Shown here piece by piece: positions 12,801 through 24,778 of a DNA stretch of 54,638 nucleotides. The translations under genes and the position numbers were made by a program. The number at the start of each line of letters is the position of its first letter. Position 1 is the stretch's first letter. The stretch is from positions 310,001 to 364,638 of the forward strand of contig KZ538295.1 in NCBI GenBank assembly GCA_000934665.2. The letters run 5' to 3'. The notes beneath the pieces are model-generated. The model saw nothing but the letters and a program-made list of their open reading frames with translations. It was not told where the DNA came from and ran no database searches. The stretch is from Catajapyx aquilonaris (Eukaryota).

Positions 12801-15800
12801 AAAGTGAGCAATTCGTACTGCACATATTATATACAATCCGGATTTGTATTCTTACCAGAAAATTATTTGGTCGTCGACATTCAAATTTTTTTTACGTCAT
12901 TTTGTCCCTCATTTAAATTTGAAAAATCTTGACGTGACGTGATGCGTCCTGCTCTTATCACGCTTGCCACGCATTTGGCCCCAGCACCTTCTTGTGTCGG
13001 TGACGCGTCTTAATTTCCACATGGCCCAAACCGACACCAGGACCCTGGCTCTTTTCAACTCAACCTAACTCCTGACACACCCAGGGATAATCCGAAAATT
13101 CACTTCACGTGTGTTCCATGTTATTCTCCCACAGAATCGCATAGTGTTATATAGGCTTCTGTGGTTATATTCTTAGCCGCGAGATTGGAAACTTGTCATT
13201 TCTCATCGGATCCTTTGGGAAATATCTCTTCCTCCCTCCCTTACAAGCAAGCAAAAATAAAAATAAAAATTGTAGGCCCAACGTCACACGGTTCGCGCCT
13301 GCAAATGGGGCGGGCGCGACGCTTTATTACCGCAGCTTTGATCTTTTATGAAGGTATTATTTATGGCCGACTATTATTTACTGGCGGACAAGCAGCAGTC
13401 CAAAGAAGCGCAGCTGCAAAAGTTGAATAGTTCTCTCCGCCATCAAATGACAGGCGCCATTATTAGTTGTGAAATGACACCTTTCATATCATGAGGAAAG
13501 GGGGTGGCTCTTTACTCTATATATGTTTTCTTTTTGTGCCACTCTTGAGAAGAGTGCTGCTCTATTTTGGGGATTTGAGCCAACCTCTCAAGAATTTCGA
13601 CGTGAGACCTGCAATCCAGAGATATTTGCGCTTTTGCCTTTTTGCATGTCACAGGTGCTTTGAGTTGGACATGTGTGTCATGAAGTGTTACATGCCAGAT
13701 TGTAGCATGGAGATTCAACCATAATGATGAAATATTTATATGTAAGCAAGTTTCACTATTGGAGCCATGGACTAAAAATGGCGCCCATTACAGCGATTTG
13801 AACTCCTGTCAGTTGTGTTGGAAATTCATGCAAAACATGCGTACACATTACTTTGAAGTTCTGATCTGATAAGTTGAATTACCCAATACCTGCTGCATTT
13901 CAATTTTTGCTGCTTCTCATTGGCTAATTCATATCGAGTGCGACCAGAAATTGTAGAATTAAAATTCTCTTTTATACGTACACACGGTTTTCAAACTATA
14001 TCCACTCATAGAAGTAGCACTTTTATGAAGGTGTGCACCATTTGCTGGCAACATCCTGCTTCCAATGGCTTCCATTCGTGCCAAATGGTTGCCCTTGGGT
14101 TGCTCATCGGTTTCCGGTCGGTTGTCTACCTCCTTTTTACACACCGGTTACCCGAATTTTACACCGCTCGTGAATGAAGCGATGTATGCCTTATACACAG
14201 TGTGTGTGTATAGCACCTATTTTGCTTCATAATTAAAGGTAATATTGGTGTAATTTCCAGATTTTGGGCAGCGCTGTTGATTAGAAAAGTGTTAAGAATA
14301 GGGCTGGAACAAAATGTCACATAGCGTACCACTGTATTATTCTCTGCCAGCGTGTGGCCCATTCAATACTATTTTTAAGCATAGCTATCGCTATTTTTAT
14401 ATTAGGTCTACTTCCCATTCTCTATTTTGCCGGTAGCCTCCACCGCAAATTAGAAAACCACCACAATCAGAAATACGACTTCTCATTAGTAAACCGCCAC
14501 GCGTCAATGCAAATTAACCCAGAGTTTAAATTACAAGAAGTGGAGCCTATTAACTTATGTCACCAACCGGTCATAAAAAATTCTTTCTAGCATTTAATTT
14601 TCAATGGATGGGCCTTTCCAAATAAAAGTTTAGGAATCTATTTATAATCCGGGTCGGACTAAATCTACGCACGGAGGTGGGATAGGCACGTAGGTACACA
14701 AAAAAAATATTATGAAGAGGTCTATGAAGCCAAGAGAGCCTCGAAGGTGGTTGAGCTTTGTGAATTGGCAAGAGGGTATAGTGCATCTGGCCTACACCTA
14801 TTTGGACCGACAGGAGAAAACGGTTCCGGTGCCGTATGTCTTGCCACACTCCGTTTATTGTACTTCGTTAGGAGAAAGAAGTTTGGCAATTTTTTCGAGA
14901 CGCGACAAGGCGTGGAAGATCGGCCCCACCACCACCCCTCCTCAGCATACCCATCCTTTTTTTGAAAATATACCAAGGGAAACAGCATTCCTTTTGGCTC
15001 GAGTCACCATCTTCCAATTTGTGTCTCAGCTGCGGCTTTGGCGACACATCTGGGGGAGAAAAACCTTTTTCCCGATATGCGCCGGTACATGTGCATCGTG
15101 GTGTGGCGACTTTACGGGTAATTTACTGGGCAGTTCTTCGACAATCCGACCTTCAACTACACATAGCCACTGCAGATCCTTTAAGAAAACTTTTTCCACC
15201 ACTTTCCTTGTTATAGTCGTGCGATATCACCACCAGTTCAAAAGTTAGTGAAAGGGTTGTTTGAAACCCTGTCTGGGAAAACAAACCGAGGAGGGATCTC
15301 CCCCCCCAATCCCATTCCAAGTGTTTTCTCGCCACTGGTCCATGAAAGGGAAGCTGTTGAAGCACTGAAGGAATGTCTTTGTGGCCTATCTCTGACCTCT
15401 GAAGAACTGTGAGGGTTGCTCGAGCCATAGGGTTGGGTGGAGACCGCCTCTAAAATTGAAGAAAGTGTAGGTTTGTCCTCTGATAGCGTACAGGCTGGCC
15501 CAGTACTCACGAAAACGGCCATTTTAATTTACTACACATCTACCGGTCACGCATGCGCATTGTCACGGCCATTTGCGCATGAGCAACACCCGTTCTAGCA
15601 CCTGCGCATGCGCGACACGCCCATTTCAATACCCACGCGTGCGCATGAGCCGCTCATCAACTCCCTCGTTTTACACCGGCATAACCCACCCTGTAGGCAC
15701 GATAGGCTTAATGGGAAGTTGTCTGGGCTGTGAAATATTGGTGAGCCCAACCCTTTTCACCCGCAGCCATCCGGATTAACCCCGACACCCCCCACCACAA

Positions 15801-18800
15801 TGGCCGTCCGCCCCTCTCAATTAAGCAAAAACCCCCCTTGGAATGGCGCAACAATGCCATGGCGCACCTGATCCCACGCCCAGAGAAGGCGGCGCCTAAG
15901 TCACTCCCGGAGCCTCCCCAAACTCCCCCTTTTGTTCCCGCAGACTCCTCTTTGTGTCCTGGATGGGCCAATCCCATCCCAGTACACATCAGTCGGTGGG
16001 TTGGGCTCACCCACTCACAAACCACCCACTCAACCACATATACTCGGGGAGCTGGTATCGATTGTGCGCTAAGGATCGTAGATAAGGAGGTCAAGTTTGA
16101 CCCGTGTTTTTTTAATGGCGGAATTTTTACGATGGTACAATTTTTTGGGGGGGAGGTTGACGCCTGTTGGGCGCAGTTACTACCGAATTATTGTATAGCC
16201 AGGTCGTATAAGGTGCTCATTTGGCGTCAAGTCTCGACTCGGTTCGCCTGGTCGCTTATGCAAATAGCTGTGGGTTAATTCCCCGGGCCGATGACCATCA
16301 CAATCAAGAGTTGTGGATGCCGTTGGAGCAGCAGTAAAGGGCCTGGGGTTCCTGTATATGAAACAGCAAGCATGGCACAGCAGCGTTGAGGCACGAACCA
16401 ATCTGGCTCGTCACCTCGCTCGCATTTTGATGGCCCCCCGGGTCTGCCACCGACAAAGGCGCTGTCTCTGATGGAAACCTCCTCATCTTTCATGTTTCCA
16501 TACATATCTAATACTTTCGCTCACGCGATTCGATGGCGGAATTAATGCTCCAGTGTTGTGTGATTAAAGCCGACAAAGCGGAGCGGCGGGACTCCGCTGG
16601 GAGGGAGACACAGAGAGGACTCGCGGACTGACAGAAATGCTTTCGCCTCTGTGACAAGCTGAGGCAAACAGTCTCTCTCTCTCTGCTGGGTTTCCCAAGC
16701 TTGCAGGTTGTGAGTGTGTGTGTTGCGTACGGTACGTGTGTGTGTGGGAGAGGAGCCTTTGTAGCCCGCCAACTTCATTTCGATTGGAGGCTACCCTCTA
16801 GGGACAGGAAGGACTTTGGATCAGGTCGCTGCTTCCTTGTGCGCCACTAAAGATCCGGAGGGGCGGCTGCGATTGGTCTTCCCCAGGAGAATAGGTCGAC
16901 CAGGGAGCCAATCCAGGGAAGATGCAGTTGGCAGGAATCTAGGAGAGATATGAGGGGAAACTCATGCGAACATTTGACCTCAGGTCACCTGCAAATCAAA
17001 CCTAATGTTTGACACATGGAAATAACTGTATATAAGAAGAAATAATGCTACTAATCTCCTTATTCTCTCCGTCTGTTGACTCATCGGCATAGTTTTCGCT
17101 TTCCCCGTTCAACAATATAGCGGTCAGAAAGTCCCACTTCAATGGAGGCGAGACACGCGCTGATTGTGTAGCACCCTGGTGGGCTTTGTCCGCGCAGTGA
17201 CTCATCACCAACGTGCATGTATAGTACTACTTTCCCACTGAGAGCAGCAGTAGTGTGCAGACATGGAACCTATGCGGCAACTGGTAGTGGCCTATCGTAC
17301 GACGTCCAAGTGCGGGGGTGGGCCGGGCAATGTTGCCAAAATTTGTCCACGAGTCCGCTGCTAGTAATTTAGTCTCACCCTGTATTTTGCAATCGTCTGG
17401 TGTACCGTGTACGGTATATATTACCCACAGTACAGAGGGTTGAGGTAGGCTCGATTCGCAGTTAGTGGTAGGCCTGATGATGGGTTTAATTGGGGATATT
17501 TGACAAATGAATGTTGGGAGATAATCTGTGGACCCATGCAAATAAAATCATTATTAGCCGTGAACTGGCTCCCCGGTTTGTGTTTCCAATAATTTTGAAA
17601 CAAATGATGTTTCTGGCAATAATGCGGTTCACACGTCACAAAATCGCAAAATAATGCCGGGCTGCGTGTTGTGCAAATTTGCACTGTTTAATCTGCCCCA
17701 CCTCGGTGTACCAATTCTAGTTATATTATGGGGATTATTACCAATCGTCATTGTACTTTAGTAAAATGGGAGTTGTTTAGACCTGTGCAATATTTTTTGA
17801 TGTATTTAAATTTTTCATTGTACGCAGAAACTTTTTTTACTGTACACTTTGTAATATTATATGACTTCTTCGATCTGTTATGTATTGGGAAAGGGAAATT
17901 CTCATGGCGCTTTCTGTCAAAATTATTATTATTATTTCATCTATAGTATAAGGTAAGCAGAATTGTCGTACCGAAATAAAATTGGGCATTTTTTAAAGAT
18001 TATTACGATGATTAAAATAATATCCGGATAGCTGATTATCAGGTTTCATTTGATATGCCATGTACATATTCATATCAATTAGTTGTGGTCATGGGTTTAT
18101 AATAATTTGTTAAATACTTGAATAAACATGGGGATGATGGGTAATATGTTTGGGTAAAACACATGTTTGTTAAACATCCTGCAGTTATCGCTTTCATTAT
18201 TATTATGTGCATGTGGGATTATTGACATATATATGCTCACGTTGTGCAAAGCCACGTACAGATTCTTTTGCACTCTGAATATTTTACAAGATAAATCGCC
18301 AAAAACGCAAGTCATCATTTATGCATCACGATGCTGTAGTCCAGGTTCATTGATCAGTTTATCTACCCTGCTGGTTCATATAAATTTGCTTGTTCCTGTT
18401 ATTTGATCTGAACGAACTGAATAAAAATTTTCATCGACTTAGATTCTAAGCTAATCACGAATTGACCCTGCGACCAGGCATATCATGTTTTCATTATGCA
18501 CACACACAATTTCTCCATACGGGCATTTCTATATCTGAAGATATGACCTGAAACTCTGATAACTCATTTTATTATAGACTTATGAATACATTATCGGAAC
18601 TGCATGCAAGCTTGCAACATTATCAGATTAATCTTGCAGCTAGACAGTGACTTGTAAAATTTTCTAGTCATACGTAATATTGGCACAACGGCTTAGATCT
18701 TTACGCAAAAAAAATCGCTGTCTTGTTTCCGTCTTAGCCAGTGTTATTTTTGTTCTGCAAAGCTGTTCCGACAAGATTTTTTTCTTCTTCAAGATCTCGA

Positions 18801-21800
18801 AGACACGACACTAATGACTGTCGTAATGAAAAGCTATTAAAACGAAGCAAAAAAAAAAATTGCGACAGAAAAGACTAATGAATTTATAGATAACTGTTTT
18901 GAGATAATGAATGGCTCTTTGCCCATCACTAATAGGATCAGTTGTTAGACGTCGCATTGTATTTTGGGCGTCCCCGCTTTTGCTATTCACCGCCAACTCC
19001 TAATTAGCACCTCTTGCATAATTCAGGTGATTACACGAATTAATAACGGGGCATTTTTATATAGGGTCGTCGACCTTTGTACCTTTTTTCTCCTCCAGTT
19101 ATTTTTCTTTCATATTCGATACACGTGACATGCTGGGGGGGAGGTCAGCTCAACACAAAAAGGCCATCGCAAATCCTGGCTACGTTAGCGCGATAATATT
19201 TAATATTTGTTCAACTTGTGTAGGAAATCCGGTTTGGGTGAAGTCAGCTCGTGGAAATAATAAAGACGTGCAGAATACTCCAAACATGCGGATTTTTTCC
19301 TCTCTAAAAACGGAGTCGAGACACTTGCAGCCATTAATTCGAGGGCGCCAGGTTTTGACAGTGTTGTGAGATTCGGATGAGGTTCTTGTATGAGCCATGG
19401 CGCACTTACTGAAAAGCAGACTTCCGCCAAGCAGTGGGGGTGTGACAAATACAGGGTTTCTAAAAGCCTTGCATGGCATAAATATGAAAAGGTAGGGAGG
19501 GGGGAGGAGGGCTTAAAGTATTGGCAGTTACATAAACACCACTTTCTGCGGTTGAAAGGATACAATCAGCAAACTTAGAGTCTGGACCTGAAAGCATTCC
19601 TTTAGGTTTGGGTTATAAAACTGAACGTAACTTGAGCTCTCGGTTATTGGCTTTTGTCATTGATGGTGGCTTGGAAAAAGTCAACAAGTTGTCATCATGT
19701 AGACGATTCGTTGTTTTTTTCCCCCCCACTATAGTTTTTTCGAGGTGAGATTGGACGCATAATGGCGGCCGTGTCATCACTTCATTGTGCAACTTCCGTG
19801 CCAGATTCAGCTTCCAAGACAAATTTTCCTGCTTCACTGAAAATGTCTGCTTGAAGACCATTTTTTCCTCTCAGAGTTCATACAAGGGTTGGCTATCATT
19901 ATCAGAACAACAGCAAAAAAAAAAAGCGCGATAAGAGATAGATGGCGGCGCTTTTGCACGCCACCATTTTCGATCCGTTGCCAATCAGTTTCATGGCTTA
20001 GTCGAACCCAACCCCCCCCCCCCTCTCTCTGCCGCTAAAAGTAGTGCTATTATACGCGAACCAATGATCCAATTGATAGAAAGTGCTGGCAGATAGCGGG
20101 ATTGGCGGTATCATTGGAGCGTGGCCATTTGCTACTCCCGGCCCGTCGCGTTAATTAGACGATCATTGCATTTTGCTCGCTGTTGTACACTCCAATAATT
20201 AGGCTATTGATTAACCACTGTCCGATACGCTAATTAACGCTGCGATCTATGCATCCATTTGTATGTAATTAAAGCAAGAGAAATTCCATCCCACGTTTTA
20301 GCGCATTATAGCCCTCCCCCTGCTGTGTTAGATCTTGCCAATTGGGAGTTTGAGCCCTCCCAAACGATCATGTTATAACTGCAATCAAACCTGATTATTT
20401 TTGCAGCGGAAAAATGGATAATGGTGGAATTACGGGCGAAATTCACCTTTGACCCTGCGTTTTCCAGCCGTCGTGTATGTTTAGCACTTCTTTTTCGGAT
20501 GTGATTAATTACGTGGGCGGGCGATAAGGTATTATGGTGATTGGAAATAGCTCTTGAGTTTTGCAGCCCCCAGTTTTTATTTAACAGCATGTGCTTCGGG
20601 AGGCCAGGTTATTGACTTTACTATGTAGTCAGCTTAGATTATTGCCCATCAAGTCATTCCTGGTGTTAGTAGACGCCAAGTTCCTTGGCCCGTCCCCCTA
20701 TCATCCTCAGTTAGAGGCTGTAACTGCGAAGAAAGTGAGTCCTTCAACTCCCCCGGCCAGAAAACCTCCACAGAAGACACATTGTGGAGAGAGACAAAGG
20801 CCGTAAATCTCTCTCCAAGTAGACTTCGAGAATACAAGTGTGCCCCTTCTTGGACCCATATTTTTTTTTTTTAACCAACTCATATAAGAGGCTCGGGTTT
20901 CGAAAAACAATAAAAATCAGCCGGAGTTTCCTGCTTGTTAATTGAGGCGCCGTGATTTCTCTCTCTATTTTTTTATTATTTTAAAGTCGAGCTTGATGAA
21001 CAAAAGTGGCCATTGTGGTGTTCCAAGGCGATGTGACGTCATGCGACAATGAAGCGTGGGAACAGATTATTGGAAAATGTCGTGTAAACCAAGGGAGCGT
21101 TTCTAATGCTATTTTTATTTGCTGAATGTGTACAATGCAGCAGCATCAAGGTGAAGAAGGGGGCTGCAGCTACTGCACATCAAAGGGCACAATCAGCCCA
21201 CTTAATCCTCTTCATGGGTGTAAGCAGCAGTGTAGGTGATATCACCAATCCGGAAATGTCAAACCACTGCAGGCGACCCAAATAATCTGGTGTGGGGGTT
21301 GGAGGAAAAATATGTTACAAAAAGAAAACAAAGGAAACTGGAAGGGGGGGTTCTGGCCATTAGGAGGCACAAAGAGGCCTTTCTTTTCTTGGTGGGCTCC
21401 AGACAGGATTTTTACGCCTTGCCCATGTGGTGCCCAAGCTTGCTCCGGGGGCAGGAATGTCAGCCAAGCTGTTTTCCGAGATGACGTGATTTTTGGACCC
21501 AACAAAACTGCTGCTGGTTCTGCTCATGTCGCGCACAATGCAAATGTTGGCCAAACTAAAATTTAGTGGCCATCATGCAGCCAGTGAATATCCCTCAAAA
21601 GATACATTCATACAACATCATGATGAACGATACACACTCCTACAGATCAAATTTCATGGTCGCAATGCATCATCAGGGGGATTAGAATGAGATATATGCG
21701 TCTGGGTGAGATATTTGTTGAATAACCAGGCACAGATGACCATCAAAAAAAAAAAAAATCTGAACAAGGCTGGGCTCTATCTGGAAGCCATTACGTTGTT

Positions 21801-24227
21801 GCATGTAGGATAAATTGCGCCATATTGTACTATATAGTTCAGTATGAAAGACGGAAGAAGGGTAAAGAGTGAAAAAAAAGAGAAAAGAAGTGGAGGAGGT
21901 GTTGATGTTGACCACAGCTGGAGCTCGTTGGCTTCTTCTCGCCTTTATGCCGCTACTCATAATGGAAGTAATTTATAACCTCGTGGAGTTATACAAGCCA
22001 GCTTTGTTTGTCCGGGTGGTTTTCGGTGGGGGCCGCCCCTCTCTTCCGCTACCCCCTTGGGTGGGCCATACCATCCACACCCATGCGATGAGGATGATGA
22101 TGATGATGGCCAGGGATATTCTTGATTTTGGGGTCACTGCAATATTTCATTTTTCTGTTGCAGGAGGAGCCAAGGTCGCCTCTGACGGAGAGGCCACCAT
22201 CGTCGGGACCGTCGTCGCCGCCGGAGAAGACCCGTAGAGATTCGTCGTCGTCGACGTCGTCTGCTGCTGCGGCTGCGGCTGCGGTTGCTGCCATGCGGTC
22301 GTCGGAGCAGCTGCTGCATCACCAGCATCGTCTGCAGGAGTTGCAGGTTGGTATGCAGGTGAATATTACAGTAGCACGAATGTACACGTCTGTTCGTCTC
22401 TACATAGGAACAGATCTCATCGCAGTATGGAGGGAAAGGGTTGGGTCTCCCGGCTGCCGCGGCGCAACCTTTGGTCTTTCTGCCCTTCTTGGAGCAGATG
22501 CAGTTGCGGGGGCTGGCCCCGGGCGTGCCCTCGCCCATGCCGCCGATGCCGCCGGTCAGCTGCACCCCGACTCCAGTGTCTGCTGCAGCAGCTGTTGCGG
22601 CGGCCAAGAATGCCGGATTGCCGCCAACGGTATATGTTCGTTCTTAATACAAATCTGGTGGTGTTGAGAGCTCCGTCGAGTGTGTCACTGACCGTTGTGA
22701 TTGTCTCCGCAGTTGCTGCCGCAGTTGCCAGCGTGGGTGTCGGCCACGGCCCAGTTGGCCCACCTGTCCGGAGCTGCTGCGGCTGCTGCTGCGGTGGCGG
22801 CCAGCAGCGCTTGTTCCGCAGCTGGAGCCACGACGATCACCACCACGTCGCCACTCAACGGCTTCAGCAGCGGAAGATGTCCGCCGCCGTCGGTAACCCC
22901 TCCAGGCGAATCGGGTTCCACCGGCAGTAACAACAACAACAACGACGACGACGCTCCGTTGAATCTCTCCAAACCCAAAGGCGCGCCCGGGTACCCAATC
23001 GGAGGCCGTGGCAGTCCCCGTGAAGCACCGGACCATCCAATGCAGGCGCCAACTCCGCCCAAGATGCAGGTACCGCCCGGACTTGTTCTTCCTCAGAGCC
23101 TGCTGCCGTACGCGGCTGCGGCGGCTGCAGCAGCTGGCTTACCACCTCCGCCGCATCCACACCAGCATCCACATCACCATCATTTGGGACCTCCAATGCA
23201 GTCCGGGAAGGACTGCCTTAGCTCCTCGGGGCTGAGTTCACCGTTAGGGGCTGACAAGGCTGCTGCGGCTGCGGCGGCTGCAGCTGCCGCAGCAGCAGCA
23301 GCGTTTCACCTACCGATGTACCTTCCCCCTGGAAGCCACCATCCTCCGGGTATGGGCATGGGCATGTCTCTCGGCGGGGGTATGAGCATGCCGAATAGCA
23401 AGGCGGCTGAAGACGCCCTGAAGGCAGCGAAAGAGGACGACTACATCGCATGTCAGATGTGGGGCGACCATAGTCCGGGGTTGAAGCTGATGGAGGAACG
23501 CAGCGATAAGGCGAAGATGTACGGCGCCAAGATCATCCGTCAGCAGAAACGCGAGGCCGAGAACAAACCGCACATCAAGCGGCCAATGAACGCGTTCATG
23601 GTATGGGCCAAAGACGAGAGGCGTAAGATACTAAAGGCATGTCCGGATATGCATAACTCCAACATCTCCAAGATTTTGGGTGCCAGATGGAAATCCATGT
23701 CCAATGCGGAGAAGCAGCCGTATTACGAGGAGCAATCGCGTCTGTCCAAGCTGCATATGGAGAAGCATCCGGATTACCGCTACAGGCCGAGGCCCAAGAG
23801 GACCTGCATTGTTGATGGCAAGAAGATGAGGATCTCTGAGTACAAGGCACTGATGAGGCAGCGTAGGCAGGAAATGAGGCAGCTCTGGTGCAGAGACAAT
23901 GCTGTGGCTGACCTCTCATTCTTCCTGCCTCCTGGAGGTGGACCACAGGTTGGTCACCCGGTTTGACCATCACAATAATTCCTGAGACTAACACTTCGAT
24001 ATTTGCAGGGGTCAGACATGGGTGGACTTGCATCGTCATCGTCGTCTCCTCCGACCAATGGCACCGGCACCTCCTTGGCAGGTGGTGGGCCTCACCACCA
24101 CATGCATCCAGACAGCATTCCAATGTTGGACAGACTCAAGTACTCTGGAGATGGCAACCATCTCGGGGACCAGCATGATGACCTGTCCTCGCCTGAGATG
24201 GACGACGAACCAAATGGCGATGTGTAG
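6634..24227 (+). CDS. SoxD: SoxD-group HMG-box transcription factor (Sox5/Sox6/Sox13, Sox102F-type), whole gene model: join(6634-6893,7188-7424,7488-7770,22164-22346,22408-22629,22713-23948,24009-24227), 2640 nt, ~879 aa
   Basis: HMG box [41 protein letters not shown]...[15 protein letters not shown] is SoxD-diagnostic. N-terminal [17 protein letters not shown], the coiled coil [21 protein letters not shown] and PLNLSKPK also match SoxD. All six introns are GT-AG and phases are consistent (2,2,0,0,0,0). Confidence 0.93.
6905..7130. repeat. GAGTG/CACTC-rich interspersed element filling SoxD intron 1
   Basis: Many short inverted GAGT/ACTC motifs; shares TTCACTCTTCTTTC...CCACTC-ATTTGAGT-AAAGTAA with 51147-51197. 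Confidence 0.6.
7188..7424 (+). CDS. SoxD: SoxD coding exon 2 (contains [15 protein letters not shown])
   Basis: Acceptor TACAG|T, donor AA|GTAAGC; in frame with exons 1 and 3. Confidence 0.88.
7488..7770 (+). CDS. SoxD: SoxD coding exon 3 (leucine-zipper/coiled coil, Q-rich)
   Basis: Acceptor TTTTAG|T, donor [31 protein letters not shown] resembles the Sox5/6 dimerisation coil. Confidence 0.9.
8918..8932 (-). promoter_or_regulatory. CTCF-like binding motif
   Basis: Minus strand reads CACTAGATGGCGCTG, matching the core CTCF consensus. Confidence 0.45.
15515..15652. promoter_or_regulatory. Cluster of NRF1/Ewg-like (GCGCATGCGC) and YY1/Pho-like (GCCATTT) motifs, promoter-like
   Basis: Four GCGCATG(C/A)GC-type motifs at ~15550, 15574, 15603 and 15640, interleaved with CGGCCATTT/CGCCCATTT at ~15516, 15566 and 15618. 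Confidence 0.45.
22164..22346 (+). CDS. SoxD: SoxD coding exon 4 (EEPRSPL...HRLQELQ)
   Basis: Acceptor TTTTCTGTTGCAG|, donor CAG|GTTGGT (in-frame alternative CAG|GTGAAT after 22358). Confidence 0.82.
22408..22629 (+). CDS. SoxD: SoxD coding exon 5 (EQISSQYG...[11 protein letters not shown]...GLPPT)
   Basis: Acceptor CATAG|, donor ACG|GTATAT; phase 0/0. Confidence 0.82.
22713..23948 (+). CDS. SoxD: SoxD coding exon 6 (PLNLS motif, poly-Ala tracts, complete HMG box ~23565-23800)
   Basis: Long ORF 22701-23966 containing the SoxD HMG box; acceptor CCGCAG|, donor CAG|GTTGGT. Confidence 0.95.
24009..24227 (+). CDS. SoxD: SoxD terminal coding exon 7 (acidic C-terminus ...[13 protein letters not shown])
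   Basis: Acceptor TTTGCAG|, phase 0, TAG at 24225-24227, followed by AT-rich UTR-like sequence. Confidence 0.8.
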   Translation, partial: GSDMGGLASSSSSPPTNGTGTSLAGGGPHHHMHPDSIPMLDRLKYSGDGNHLGDQHDDLSSPEMDDEPNGDV

Positions 24228-24742
24228 TTTATAATTAATTAAAAAAATATAGTGTGTCTTGTACATAATTATGCTCGTTAGGAAAAAAAAAAGGGTGCGA
24301 GAGTAGGAGGGGACAGCCAAGAAATGTGTTCTTTGAGGGTGTGCGGAACACGACAATGCGGGAACTGAATAACCCAGTGCCATACCTTTGTACTGTATTG
24401 TTTAGGTTTAGGGAAGGAAAGAAAGTGACAAAAAAATTTAAAACAATCCAAATGGTAGGAGCTGCTTGATTGTTGATGCTTGTAGACTATGTGGAGAGAA
24501 TTTTTCTTTGGAAAAAAAGGGCCCAAGGTCACTGCATTTTTTGAGTTATACCTTTTTTTTCATGCTGTGATGATGCTTTGTTATACAGTGATTAACTCCC
24601 TGCTCCATTTTTTTTTAAAGGACAAAAAAAATGACTAAATATTAAGAGTGGTTATTGGGGTGGGGCGGGTGGGATTGATGGGTACAAGGGAGTGTCTTGA
24701 ATGTTTCTTTTCACTTCTCACATTCTGGTGTGGTTTCAAGTC

Positions 24743-24745
24743 GAG

Positions 24746-24778
<33 letters not shown>
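24743..24778. repeat. (GA)n microsatellite in the presumptive SoxD 3' UTR
   Basis: Imperfect GA run visible directly. Confidence 0.85.

Noticed and set aside
14712..15248. 178-aa ORF in the SoxD intron
   Set aside because: No recognisable motif, non-coding-like composition and no splice sites linking it to the gene model
22049..24383. Long antisense and alternative-frame ORFs over SoxD exons (also 41671-42129 over Syt)
   Set aside because: Expected shadows of GC-rich, low-complexity coding sequence
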